Notes: generated by a model not told the origin, from the letters alone. A stretch of 64,000 nt of DNA from Candidatus Cloacimonadales bacterium (GCA_963674825.1 OY771587.1:1632001-1696000), one strand, 5' to 3'. Shown: positions 8,771 through 18,707, numbered from the stretch's first letter. Numbers and translations: made by a program.

Positions 8771-10912
8771 TTACTTGAGAAGGATCATCTTGCGCGTCAG
8801 AGCTTGATCCTCTGTCTGCAAGCGGTAGAGGTACACTCCGCCTGAGACGTTTTTGCCGCTCTCGTCGGTGCCGTTCCAGGTAACGTTGTTCTGGCCTGCT
8901 TCACAGCGGCTGTTGACCAACGTCTTTACCTTCTGACCTCTGATGTTGTAAACGCTCAGCTCGACTACCCCCGGCTTCTCCAGGCTGTAGGAGATCGTCG
9001 TTTCCGGGTTGAACGGATTCGGATAGTTTTGTCCAAGCGTATTGGCGTAAGCCGGTGCGCCACCGTTTTCGTCGATGCCTTCGGAGTGGAACGTGACATC
9101 GAGCGACATATAGGAAATCGAACCACCGTCGTTAGCTCCACTGTCGTTAATGAAGGAGCCATACGAGTTATCGTTGAAGAACATAAGCCTTAGGAGGCCG
9201 TGCTTGTCGCCGCTGTTATCAGTGTAGAGATACTCGATCTCGTCGGCGGGATAGATATAGCTGATGTTCATGCCTTCAAACTGCTCGACATAATTTCCGT
9301 CATCAGCGTTACTGTTATAGTGCATGCGGATGGGATCGGACCATGTCGTTCCAGCGTCACTGGAGATAGCAATGCAGATCTCCGGCTTGCTCTGCCAGTC
9401 ATCGTAACCCTCAACACCATCTTCAAAGAATTTGCAAAAAAGCGCATCCTGCCAGACGACAGCCAGCCAGCCCTGTTCGTCATTCCGACAAATTTTCCAG
9501 TTGTTCTCATCCCAGCCCTTCTCAGGATCCCAATAGTAAAAGGGCCAGCCAAGTTCCATCAGAACATTACCCTCTTCGTCATACTCATCGACTGATCCAT
9601 CTTCGTCCAGATCCCATGGAACCATCGGCGTACCATCTTCGGGATGCGCTCCCTTTGGATAAAGGTCAGAGAAGAAGAATTCCCCTGAATTCAGATCGAA
9701 ACCGAAAACCTTGGCATACGTAAGGTTCATAAACCATGTGAACGTGTTATTTTCAGTATCTCGTCTCAGTGCCATGTTGGCCGGGAAAAGCACCCTACTG
9801 TCCTCAATAAGTGTCGAATTGAAGTTCGTGCACTTTGTAAAAGAGAAATAAAGGTCCTCATATGGTTCCCCGGTCGTTTCAGCGAATACCCATTCCCCAT
9901 TCTGGTCCTGTACGTTGTTCTGCGCGAATTTGTAGTTCTGGATGTATTCGGTGAATTCCCCTTCTCCAAAATTGTCATTTATATAGGCATAAATTTCCTG
10001 AGTTGAATTTGAATAGCCCACGAATCCGACAGTGCCGTCTTCCGTGGCAAAGAAGGTGTGGTTACCCTGGTTGAAATCAGGTTCGTCCACATCCCATGCG
10101 TCCATCTGCGAGACGGTGTTGTAGTCCCAGTCCAGATCTTCGATACTGGGGTTGGGATCGCTGGTGTCGTAATCAGTATAGGCTATGATCGGATTATGAG
10201 CCGCATAGCCGCTCTCGTGCACAGTGTAATTATTGGCAACAATATACAGCCGTCGGTAAGGAAGTCCCTCCGGTGAAGGTCCGATGTGTACATACGGCCA
10301 GTTGTATTCGTTATCGACGCGCGGAAACACGTCGAAGCACTCTTCGAGATCGTTATCGATGATGACTTCGGGAATCGCGAGCAAACCAGGGCTTCCGATC
10401 AGATGGAAGCTATCCATGGTTAGGAGAATTTCCTGCGCGCCATCGTTATCGATATCCGAATGCCATGCAATGAACGGATCCGCCATATCGGGATCGATTA
10501 CAACACTCGAATAGCCTTCGCGATAGTTTTCTTGGCTGCAATAAGTGATCTGGTCAAGTGCGTCGTTCATATCGAAATATGCTGAATATACACGGCGTTC
10601 CGCGGATGCTGTCTCTTCCGATTGGAAAGTCATATAGAGTCCATCCGCTGCTGTTCCGTTACTACACTGTACAGGTTGCACTCGAAACGGACTGCCGTTG
10701 TAGCTGCCGGGCATATAGTCATAGTAAGATGTCTGGATTGCGTAAGGCTCAGTAACAAAGGTCCACTCGGGAACGTCACGGCTGCCTGCCGTGCGCTTGA
10801 AGTGGTCGTAATTCACATATTCTGCATTGTCGGCGTATGTAACTTCATTTGAAATGAGCGTGGATATAAGCATCAGTGCAATCAGTGCGAAAATGATTCT
10901 TGTGCTGCTCAC
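8771..10912 (-). CDS. Secreted acidic protein with FlgD-Ig/T9SS-type A-like C-terminal domain
   Basis: GTG start after AGGGG; signal peptide; C-terminal LGQNYPNPFNPETTI...YNIRGQKV...GVYLYRL...KMILLK. Confidence 0.8.
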   Translation of the reverse strand: MSSTRIIFALIALMLISTLISNEVTYADNAEYVNYDHFKRTAGSRDVPEWTFVTEPYAIQTSYYDYMPGSYNGSPFRVQPVQCSNGTAADGLYMTFQSEETASAERRVYSAYFDMNDALDQITYCSQENYREGYSSVVIDPDMADPFIAWHSDIDNDGAQEILLTMDSFHLIGSPGLLAIPEVIIDNDLEECFDVFPRVDNEYNWPYVHIGPSPEGLPYRRLYIVANNYTVHESGYAAHNPIIAYTDYDTSDPNPSIEDLDWDYNTVSQMDAWDVDEPDFNQGNHTFFATEDGTVGFVGYSNSTQEIYAYINDNFGEGEFTEYIQNYKFAQNNVQDQNGEWVFAETTGEPYEDLYFSFTKCTNFNSTLIEDSRVLFPANMALRRDTENNTFTWFMNLTYAKVFGFDLNSGEFFFSDLYPKGAHPEDGTPMVPWDLDEDGSVDEYDEEGNVLMELGWPFYYWDPEKGWDENNWKICRNDEQGWLAVVWQDALFCKFFEDGVEGYDDWQSKPEICIAISSDAGTTWSDPIRMHYNSNADDGNYVEQFEGMNISYIYPADEIEYLYTDNSGDKHGLLRLMFFNDNSYGSFINDSGANDGGSISYMSLDVTFHSEGIDENGGAPAYANTLGQNYPNPFNPETTISYSLEKPGVVELSVYNIRGQKVKTLVNSRCEAGQNNVTWNGTDESGKNVSGGVYLYRLQTEDQALTRKMILLK

Positions 10913-10925
10913 AATATCCCCCTTT

Positions 10926-11660
10926 TTATCGGTTTTCCGGTTTGGAACCGATAATGAATAGCCGTGCTGCTGAGCCAAGTCCTTTCTTGTAAAGACTTTT
11001 TTTAATTCGCTCCTTCTCAGCGCCCAGCTTTTCGTAGTCGGGGTGCTGCTTGATTCGGTCGTGATATGGATCAAGAATCGCGATCGTCTTCTCAACCGCC
11101 TCATCGGGAGCTTTCTGCTGAAAGTTAATATCGTAGAGCTTGATATTATCGAGCCCGAGGTCGTCTGCAAAACGCTCGAGGCGCTCACGCTTGTAGGTCA
11201 GGTGATGCGGGATCCCCATACGTTTGTCGATCCTGGCACACCAGTGATGCATGCGTACATGGTTCTTCTGAGCCTGAGTCTGGTCACCGTCACAATACAT
11301 TTCAGAGATGAAAAGAAGGCCACCGGGTTTGAGCACACGGATCATCTCGTCGATCACCTTCTTCGGCCGGTGCATGTGATGAACCGAATTGGAGATACAG
11401 GCAACGTCGAATTCGCCGTCGAAAAAATCCATCGCTTCAGCGTCCATCTGAATAACATCAACCGGGGCGTCCTGGAACTGCTGACTGCAGAAATCCACCG
11501 CACGCTTTTCGCTGTCGATGGCGACAAAGCGCTTGTATCCACCCAACGACGGCATCATCATCGCGATGAATTCGCCCCGCCCGGTGGCGACATCGAGTAT
11601 CTTGCCGGCTGATATGCCTTTAAGGCGCTCTTCCAGCTTCTCCATGTCCGTGGTTTTCAT
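10926..11660 (-). CDS. Class I SAM-dependent methyltransferase
   Basis: ILDVATGRG motif I, MDAEAM, RVLKPGG. Confidence 0.88.
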   Translation of the reverse strand: MKTTDMEKLEERLKGISAGKILDVATGRGEFIAMMMPSLGGYKRFVAIDSEKRAVDFCSQQFQDAPVDVIQMDAEAMDFFDGEFDVACISNSVHHMHRPKKVIDEMIRVLKPGGLLFISEMYCDGDQTQAQKNHVRMHHWCARIDKRMGIPHHLTYKRERLERFADDLGLDNIKLYDINFQQKAPDEAVEKTIAILDPYHDRIKQHPDYEKLGAEKERIKKSLYKKGLGSAARLFIIGSKPENR

Positions 11661-11950
11661 TTGATTCTTCCTTTCTCTTGACAGATATGTACGCCCTGTC
11701 CCGTTATCGTACACATATTCACAGCAAACTTTCCGGAAGCTATCAGGATTTCCTGAGTTTCCAGGTGAATCTCATTGATATAGTTAATATTTGATTCCGA
11801 AGTTTCATTCGGAAATGACAGACTCTGGACTGAAAGCGGGTGCTGATTCAGAGACAAGAAAGAAGAAAAAGGGAGGAAATCGATAAACGGCAAGCTTTGT
11901 GGTCCCAGATATGTCTTGTTTTTTTTGATCGTAACGCTTGCTAATTTCAT
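11657..11950 (-). CDS. Hypothetical small ORF downstream of sigma54 promoter
   Basis: GGAGG 5 nt before ATG 11950; stop overlaps methyltransferase start (ATGA); no recognisable family. Confidence 0.4.
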   Translation of the reverse strand: MKLASVTIKKNKTYLGPQSLPFIDFLPFSSFLSLNQHPLSVQSLSFPNETSESNINYINEIHLETQEILIASGKFAVNMCTITGQGVHICQEKGRIK

Positions 11951-11988
11951 CGTTTCCTCCGTTTCTTGTTCCGGCGATTTGTGTAAGT

Positions 11989-12004
11989 TGCACACCTCGT
12001 GCCA
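11989..12004 (-). promoter_or_regulatory. Sigma54 (-24/-12) promoter
   Basis: TGGCACGAGGTGTGCA = GG-N10-GC; downstream of a sigma54 activator gene and upstream of an SD/ATG. Confidence 0.75.
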
Positions 12005-12120
12005 CTGAATGAAGCTCATTTTTATCACATTTAATTGCAACACGTTAGTTATTCAGGTAGGGCCAAACCACTAAATTTCTTTTCAGACACCGTGCCAAAC
12101 ACCCTCAAAATTACCCCATT

Positions 12121-12543
12121 TTTCCCATATATAGGAAACCGTTATTCTCGTTTTGCCAATTTCCCGTTTTTTGCTTTGATCTCTTCATTGATTATATCGG
12201 CGTGAGTGACATAATACTCACGAGAATTATTGTTATAAAAGGATTTCAAGACAAACCACGCTATCAAACCGAACCGCTGTCAAATAATTACAGCCATATA
12301 ATCGACACTATGTCCCATATTTGGGAATCCTGTTTCGGCGTTATCCAACAGCTGGAGCGTGATAGTTGATTTACCTGATGTCGGAGCGAACTAACGATAC
12401 GCACTTAACAGATTCATTCATTGAAAGTGTCGGTCTAAAACTTTATTGATGGAGTAATCTCACAGATCGATTGATATGATTGGTGGACAGAGGTGATTCT
12501 TCTCAAAACCCATACATAGAGACCATGTCCCAAATATGGGAAT
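12121..12543. promoter_or_regulatory. Three palindromic TCCCA-W4-TGGGA-type boxes (putative enhancer sites)
   Basis: TTTCCCATATATAGGAAA 12121-12138, TGTCCCATATTTGGGAAT 12311-12328, TGTCCCAAATATGGGAAT 12526-12543. Confidence 0.6.
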
Positions 12544-12545
12544 TT

Positions 12546-15500
12546 CTATTCGTCTTTCTTATTCGCCAGCAGTCGATAGAAGGTCGAGCGAGTCAGGCCG
12601 AGTTCGTCCTGAACTTTTTTTGCAGAGCCGAGACAGTCTTTTCGCCACTGCAGATATGCTGCCACCAGGTCATCGACCGAGCCTATCGTTTCAGGGTCGA
12701 TCTCGAATCCGTCCATGGTGTTGTCGATGCGATCGCGTCGTGGCATGAGCAGCACCTTATAGACGCGGTTTTCCAGTTCACGGATATTGCCGGACCAGTT
12801 TTCTTTTATCCATTGCGAAATCGTATCATCGGGAATGCCGGTAACGATGATATCAGGTTGGATCTCCATGAAATTGCGGGTGAAATGCCTTACCAGCAGG
12901 GGGATATCCTCGAGCCGTTCCCGAAGTGGCGGGACATTCACCTGGAACGCGGAGATACGGTAATAGAGGTCTTCCCGGAATTCGCCGGTTTTCACCGCCT
13001 GATAAAGATCTCGGTTAGTGGCAAAGAGAATTCGTGCATTTGAGCGATGCTCTTTCTTAGCACCGATGGGATAATAAGTCTTTTCCTGTAAAACGCGCAG
13101 CAGCTTGGTTTGCATATCGAGTGGAAGGTCGCCGATCTCGTCCAGGAAGAGGACGCCATCCTCTGCAAGCGCAATTTTACCGGCAAAATCCTTGATCGCG
13201 CCGGAAAAAGATCCCTTCATATGGCCGAATATCTCGCTCTCGAAGAGGTCTCGCGGGATGGTGCTGACATTGATGGATATCAGATCGCCCTTGTAGTTGC
13301 CTTCCTGGTAAACCGCCCGGGCGACCATCTCCTTTCCGGTACCGGTTTCGCCGGTGATCAGTACGGGGAAGGGGACATTTGCGAGGGTGACGATCTGCTT
13401 GTAAATCTCTTTCATCGACTGGCTTTTACCCACGATACCGTGGAAGCTTTCCTGCACTTCGATATCGCGCAGACGCTTCTGCATCTCTTTCTGATTGAGG
13501 TGTTCCAGGAAAACACCCAGGATGGAAGCGAGATTCTCAATGTAGCGGATATCTTCTTCGCTGAGGGAGTGATCGCGCTTCACCGAGTGCATGTATATTG
13601 TACCCAGCAGCTTTGCGCCAACAACCATCGGCACGCAGAGCGCGCGATAGATACGCAATTTCTGGATACTGTCGTTGCGGAATCTCGATGAAGAGTCGTA
13701 TTGAAGCGTGTGATAGGCATCCTGCGTGTATTGCAGCAGGATATTGTTGCTGTATTCGAGTGCACGGTAGCTCTCTTCATCTTCGTGAATGATATTGCGG
13801 AATGGCACGAATCGGCCACTCTCTTCGTTGTAGATAAACGGTATCACGCTGTCAAAACGATAGGTAAGCTGGAAAAAGCTGCCCAGCTCGCGCAGGAATT
13901 CGTCCAGGTGCGAAATACTGGAAAACTTTTCAATGATATCGTTGATATCGAGCCGGCTGATCTGCCTGCGACGCAATTCCCAGTCTTGCAGAAGAGTCTG
14001 GGCATCTGCCGAGCGCGATTTTAGCCCCATGTAGTTGAACGTCTCCAGCGCATTCTGCATGAAGTCGATAGCAAGCTCGGGATTCCCCATTCGCTCCAGG
14101 GCAAGGCCAGTCCAATAGTACGATTCTGCCCGTTCGTAACCGCTTTTTGATTCGATCTGGGTCGAATACCGGATCACTTCCTGATAGCGCTCTTCAAAGA
14201 ATAGATCGATGATCTTCTGGTAGGGCTTAGTGGCTACGAAGCGGCTTCCGTTCATCTCGAACCGCGCCGAGTAACGCTTGCGAACATCCTCCGGAGCAAA
14301 GCGGTAGATGAGATAGGCCGTGTTGTCGTCATCACGCTGGAAGTATGATGACAGCTCCCGGGCATTGTCGTCGATAAGCTTTTCCATCCAGGGCTCAAAG
14401 GTGAACTCATGATCGTAGAAGCTACAGATCAGAAACACCTGGATCATGTAGGCGGTTGCATAGCCGTGTGACTGCCGGATGCGTGCGATGATGCGTTCTC
14501 GACAAATATCGTAACGCTCCCGCAGCATATCGTGATAAACCTGCACCGAAGTGAAATGGGTCTGCATGACCATCGGCAGGTATTGGATGGAGATCTTCTC
14601 GTAGAAATTGAGGATGAGCTCGATATCTTTCACGCTGCGTTGCGCGGTATGGTAGAGGTAATAAAAAAGCAGACGACCAATCTGATACTCGGAGCCGATA
14701 AGCAGCGAGAGGACCAGAAGGTAGTCGAGATATTCGTCTGCGAGCTTGAGCCGGGACTTCGCCTTGGCGAGAGTATTGAGAAACTCCTCGGGATCGGTCT
14801 GGGCCGCGATATAGTTGGAAAGCGTTACAAACACCTTGCGATCGAACGCCTCGGGCGAGATGTAGCACAGGACATCGATGTAGTGATAGACCATGATCCG
14901 CGTCTCGGGATAAAGCTTTTCTTCGCGGCAATAATCATTGAGAGTACGGAGGTCTTTGCTACGGTAGATTTCGCGAACCTTCTCGATCTGGGTGAGCTTC
15001 GAGCGTGTTTCAACGCTCATTTTCTTCAAAATATCGGGTGTTACAGGGAACATATCCATTGGTACAATATCAGAAAGCACATTTGCCTGATAAAGATGGA
15101 CGCGAAGCTTGCCGATCTGGTCCGGCTGGAGATTGTCCTGAGCCGCATAGAGACGAAGAAGTCTCGCCGCCAGCGTGAAATTACGAGTTAAGAAGTATCG
15201 GTGCAGCACGATGAAATCATCCGCCGGCATCCTGCCGATATCTTCGAGCTGTTTGTTTCCCGCATAGCGCATGCGATTCAGCAGATCGTTTCCCAGCCTG
15301 ACATAGGTATCGAAATCCCATACTTCCATCGCTTCGCGGAGCTGTCTCGTCGCTTCCAGAATCGGTAGGCTCTCTTCTTCGGCCAGCTTTGGCTTTTCGG
15401 GAAGATGCACCTTACCGTTTTTCCAGCCCAGGCCGGATTCGGCGATGATCTTCTGCAGCGATATTTTGTGATTGGCATCCACCTTGAATTGCTCGATATT

Positions 15501-16337
15501 ACGCGTACGTCTGAAGGGATGGATCAGGCAATATCTGCGGTAAAGCTCGAAAGTCTCACGATAGCTGAACTGATCGGTGTAAAAGAGGTCCGAAAGCCGC
15601 TGGTGAAACTCGAGATAATTGTTGTATGGCTCATCGTAAGGCAGCGTTAGGATTTTATCGCACTCCGAGAAACGCGCGATCCATTCGTCGAGATCCTGCA
15701 CACGTTCCCATGGGTCGAGCGCGAGGAACTTATGTGCCAGCCTGAACAGCGGCGACGCCTGCGGAAGCTGGATCGTCTGGCCTTGCTCAATCTTCTCCTT
15801 GATCTCGTCGGCGCTGGAATAAAGAGAAGCGAAAATTAGCGCGATGGTGAAGAGATTGGAGCGCCATGACATTCTTCCCTTCATTTGTTCCGGCGCGGCC
15901 CACTGCGGCGTTATACGGCTCTCGTGCGGCGTCAGGTCGATGATGCCGATCACCAGGTCATCCTCTTCGCGGCGCACGCGGATGTGCTCCGGCTTCATGT
16001 CGCCGATGAAGGTATTGTGGTATTTCAGGTAACGCACGAAGTGAAAGAGCTTCTCCCACAGGATGGGGATATCCTCCGGATGCCGCTCCATGTGGATGTT
16101 GATAGGCAAGCCGTCGAAGTACTCGTACTCGAACCGGGCGCTGCGTTCGTCGAACCGGTATTTGACCAGCGGAACGAAGTAAGGATGGCTGTATTGCCGG
16201 AAGAAATCCACCTCCGCTTTGAGCTGCGAGCTGACAAGAACGCCCGGATTCGTGTAGTATTTCACGATCCGCTTGCCCTGCGAAGTCTTCTTCAGGTATA
16301 TTTCAACCATGTCTTTCTTCTTGAGATAGTATTTCAT
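12546..16337 (-). CDS. Sigma54-dependent enhancer-binding protein with N-terminal Ser/Thr kinase-like domain, helical/TPR region and GAF domain
   Basis: GDMKPEH...WAAPEQ; GAF ALCVPM...LGTIYM; GETGTGKE, FESEIFGH.KGSFSGA, LFLDEIG, FREDLYYR, W.GNIREL; C-terminal HTH LGLTRSTFYR. Confidence 0.88.
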   Translation of the reverse strand: MKYYLKKKDMVEIYLKKTSQGKRIVKYYTNPGVLVSSQLKAEVDFFRQYSHPYFVPLVKYRFDERSARFEYEYFDGLPINIHMERHPEDIPILWEKLFHFVRYLKYHNTFIGDMKPEHIRVRREEDDLVIGIIDLTPHESRITPQWAAPEQMKGRMSWRSNLFTIALIFASLYSSADEIKEKIEQGQTIQLPQASPLFRLAHKFLALDPWERVQDLDEWIARFSECDKILTLPYDEPYNNYLEFHQRLSDLFYTDQFSYRETFELYRRYCLIHPFRRTRNIEQFKVDANHKISLQKIIAESGLGWKNGKVHLPEKPKLAEEESLPILEATRQLREAMEVWDFDTYVRLGNDLLNRMRYAGNKQLEDIGRMPADDFIVLHRYFLTRNFTLAARLLRLYAAQDNLQPDQIGKLRVHLYQANVLSDIVPMDMFPVTPDILKKMSVETRSKLTQIEKVREIYRSKDLRTLNDYCREEKLYPETRIMVYHYIDVLCYISPEAFDRKVFVTLSNYIAAQTDPEEFLNTLAKAKSRLKLADEYLDYLLVLSLLIGSEYQIGRLLFYYLYHTAQRSVKDIELILNFYEKISIQYLPMVMQTHFTSVQVYHDMLRERYDICRERIIARIRQSHGYATAYMIQVFLICSFYDHEFTFEPWMEKLIDDNARELSSYFQRDDDNTAYLIYRFAPEDVRKRYSARFEMNGSRFVATKPYQKIIDLFFEERYQEVIRYSTQIESKSGYERAESYYWTGLALERMGNPELAIDFMQNALETFNYMGLKSRSADAQTLLQDWELRRRQISRLDINDIIEKFSSISHLDEFLRELGSFFQLTYRFDSVIPFIYNEESGRFVPFRNIIHEDEESYRALEYSNNILLQYTQDAYHTLQYDSSSRFRNDSIQKLRIYRALCVPMVVGAKLLGTIYMHSVKRDHSLSEEDIRYIENLASILGVFLEHLNQKEMQKRLRDIEVQESFHGIVGKSQSMKEIYKQIVTLANVPFPVLITGETGTGKEMVARAVYQEGNYKGDLISINVSTIPRDLFESEIFGHMKGSFSGAIKDFAGKIALAEDGVLFLDEIGDLPLDMQTKLLRVLQEKTYYPIGAKKEHRSNARILFATNRDLYQAVKTGEFREDLYYRISAFQVNVPPLRERLEDIPLLVRHFTRNFMEIQPDIIVTGIPDDTISQWIKENWSGNIRELENRVYKVLLMPRRDRIDNTMDGFEIDPETIGSVDDLVAAYLQWRKDCLGSAKKVQDELGLTRSTFYRLLANKKDE

Positions 16338-16367
16338 CCGGTTCGTCCAAATCAATCGTAATGCAGA

Positions 16368-16418
16368 ATTGTACTTCCATGATGGATCGTGTCAAAGGAT
16401 TTTCTCAAATATGGGACA
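16368..16418 (-). promoter_or_regulatory. Sigma70-type promoter of the activator with an adjacent palindromic box
   Basis: Minus strand TTGACA (16395-16390)-N16-TACAAT (16373-16368); box TTTCTCAAATATGGGACA at 16401-16418. Confidence 0.6.
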
Positions 16419-16474
16419 GTTTTGCATGATACGCTGGGTACGTAGAGCTCCAGTTCCGCATTCTCTTTTCTCTT

Positions 16475-16531
16475 ACCCTCGCCCTTTTCGGGGAGAGGGT
16501 CGGTTCGACGAAGGAGAACCGGGGTGAGGGT
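16475..16531. repeat. REP-like palindromic element
   Basis: ACCCTCGCCC...GGGGAGAGGGT...GGGGTGAGGGT abutting a stop codon; shares the GGGGTGAG end with the repeats at 60.3-61.5 kb. Confidence 0.55.
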
Positions 16532-18177
16532 CACTTAAGCAGCGTCACCTTTTTCGTCTGGATGACATGACCATCCATCTTGAGCTTACAGAAGTAGATC
16601 CCACTCGAAAAGCCTTCGGCATTCCAGGTGATGGATGAGGGAAACCCCCTTTTATTCCCGTTTGAGTGATTCGAGTTTTTGCCTCCGGCAAAACTCACAC
16701 TTCTCAGGGGGATAGGGACTGAGTCCACCTTTTGCCCTCGTATGTTATAGATTTCTATCGTCAGATCGTGGTATTCGGTATCCGTTTTGATCTCGAACGA
16801 CACCTCTGGATTGAACGGATTCGGGTAAGCATTAAAAGTAATATCTGAAGATGGAACTGACTCGTCGCTCGTATCATCGGTATCCACCTCTTCAAGATCC
16901 TCATGTCCGCCGTAAACGTACACATGCCCCCAGTTCCAATAAGCGTTCCCGCCATCTCCATATGCTCCTACGGCGATATCATCGAACCCGTCGTTATCGA
17001 AATCGCCAACTGCATGAGAAAAGGTCATACCAAAACCATCTTGGCCATTTCCTCGATTAAAATCCCATGTTCCGTTTTGATCGCCAAGATAGAAATAGAT
17101 TATCCCTCCAGAATTTGTTATGTGATAAGGATTTACAATATCTCCTTTGCCGTCTCCATTCAGGTCGCCACAAGACGGCATCAGGTGAGAATAATACTCG
17201 ATATGACCATACCAATCCCAATGGATGGTCTCCCCCCCTCTCCATAGAGGGCAACCGATTGCAGTCATCGATTCCTCGTCCACATCATACCCCGAGATCA
17301 CGAAATCATCATAACCGTCGCCGTTCCAGTCTCCGGCAGGCCAGAGTTCATACCATAAATTTGGAATGGCGAGAAATTCTAATGTATAATCAGGGGTTGT
17401 ACTTAGAGTCGGTCCACCGTAAAAGAAGCAGTTATAATGGCGGTAATATTCATCCCAGTCAAGTTCGTAGTAATAGTTGAAGTCGTCGTAGCCGTCGCCG
17501 TTTACATCTCCTAAGCCGCGGAATCCCTTTCCGTTCCGCGTGTAGAGGGAATCCACGAACGGTACTCTTTCGAAGCTCCCGCCATAGACGATGGAATAGA
17601 ATAGTGTGTCGGCACTATCTTCGGTAATTCCCGCATCGTCGTAGCCGTCCCCGTTGATGTCGCCGAGGGGATTGATTGCTCGATCGGATGTACTATGTAA
17701 ATACCAGTAGTCAGGAATCGTATCATTTATCGTGTTACCTAGTAAAATCCCCGTATAAAAGCAATATTGGTAATCCCCATTGTTAATTGCATAGCTATAA
17801 CTAAATCCTAAATCGTCACAGTTATCACCATTCATATCACCAAGATTCTGAATATCTCTCCACAATTCAATGTACACTTTACTTGTATCAATGGGGGTAG
17901 AAATTGTAAGATCTGGTACGCTAGATAATCCATCGTCTGAGCCAAAATAAACATATAGCTTACCACGGTAGTAATGTATTTCTTCGTCAAGATAATATCT
18001 TCGAGCACTCACCGCCAAATCATCGATGCCATCGCCGTTGAAATCTAGCGCAATAACATAGTAGCCGTAATCATCGCAGGCTTGCTCGCCTTGCTGTTCC
18101 CACACTACGTTCATATAATTGGTGCTGTATAACAATGCGCTCATGGCGAGTAGAATCAATATGTATAGGTATCGCAT
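16531..18177 (-). CDS. Secreted FG-GAP (integrin-alpha-like) repeat protein with C-terminal sorting domain
   Basis: Signal peptide; repeated GDxNGDGxDD motifs; AYPNPFNP...IYNIRGQKV...SSGIYFCKL. Confidence 0.88.
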   Translation of the reverse strand: MRYLYILILLAMSALLYSTNYMNVVWEQQGEQACDDYGYYVIALDFNGDGIDDLAVSARRYYLDEEIHYYRGKLYVYFGSDDGLSSVPDLTISTPIDTSKVYIELWRDIQNLGDMNGDNCDDLGFSYSYAINNGDYQYCFYTGILLGNTINDTIPDYWYLHSTSDRAINPLGDINGDGYDDAGITEDSADTLFYSIVYGGSFERVPFVDSLYTRNGKGFRGLGDVNGDGYDDFNYYYELDWDEYYRHYNCFFYGGPTLSTTPDYTLEFLAIPNLWYELWPAGDWNGDGYDDFVISGYDVDEESMTAIGCPLWRGGETIHWDWYGHIEYYSHLMPSCGDLNGDGKGDIVNPYHITNSGGIIYFYLGDQNGTWDFNRGNGQDGFGMTFSHAVGDFDNDGFDDIAVGAYGDGGNAYWNWGHVYVYGGHEDLEEVDTDDTSDESVPSSDITFNAYPNPFNPEVSFEIKTDTEYHDLTIEIYNIRGQKVDSVPIPLRSVSFAGGKNSNHSNGNKRGFPSSITWNAEGFSSGIYFCKLKMDGHVIQTKKVTLLK

Positions 18178-18707
18178 GGTTGCCCTCCATTCTGTCGAAG
18201 TCCCTGTGAGCAGGATTTTAATATTCTTTTAGATCGTGTCAAGAAATCAGGCTGGAATCTTCCATTCATGCAATTGAATTGCCGCTCGAGGCTGGTTTGG
18301 CATCGAACGTGCATATTAATTTTCATGTATCCGAAAGCCTGCCAGCCTGAAGATACGACTGCCTCAGACCTTGGGGGAAACGAGGCCAATCCGGTATTGT
18401 CTGTGCGTCATTATGAGATATTACCATATAACTTTGATATGAACGCATGCGATTCATAATTCCTGCTCGATTAGCTGCCGGATTGACGCATACCACGGTC
18501 CGGCAGCATTTTTATATTTACATGTTTGCATTACTACATTATAGAATCCAATGACTTACGATCCGTCCGAATACGAACGTTTTTAATACATAATCGAACG
18601 AAATCCATGTTTCCGGTTCAGATTCTCCAGAAAATCCCATTGGAATCGGTCGTGCATATAGATTTCACTTGAGAGAGAGGAAATTCAAAACAAAGAGGCC
18701 ACATTTT

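Noticed and set aside
10913..11188. 92-aa extension of the secreted protein overlapping the methyltransferase
   Set aside because: Signal peptide and SD begin at GTG 10912; the extension is a shadow frame.
16352..16534. 60-aa minus-strand ORF bridging two genes
   Set aside because: Made of REP-like hairpin and promoter sequence; no coding support.
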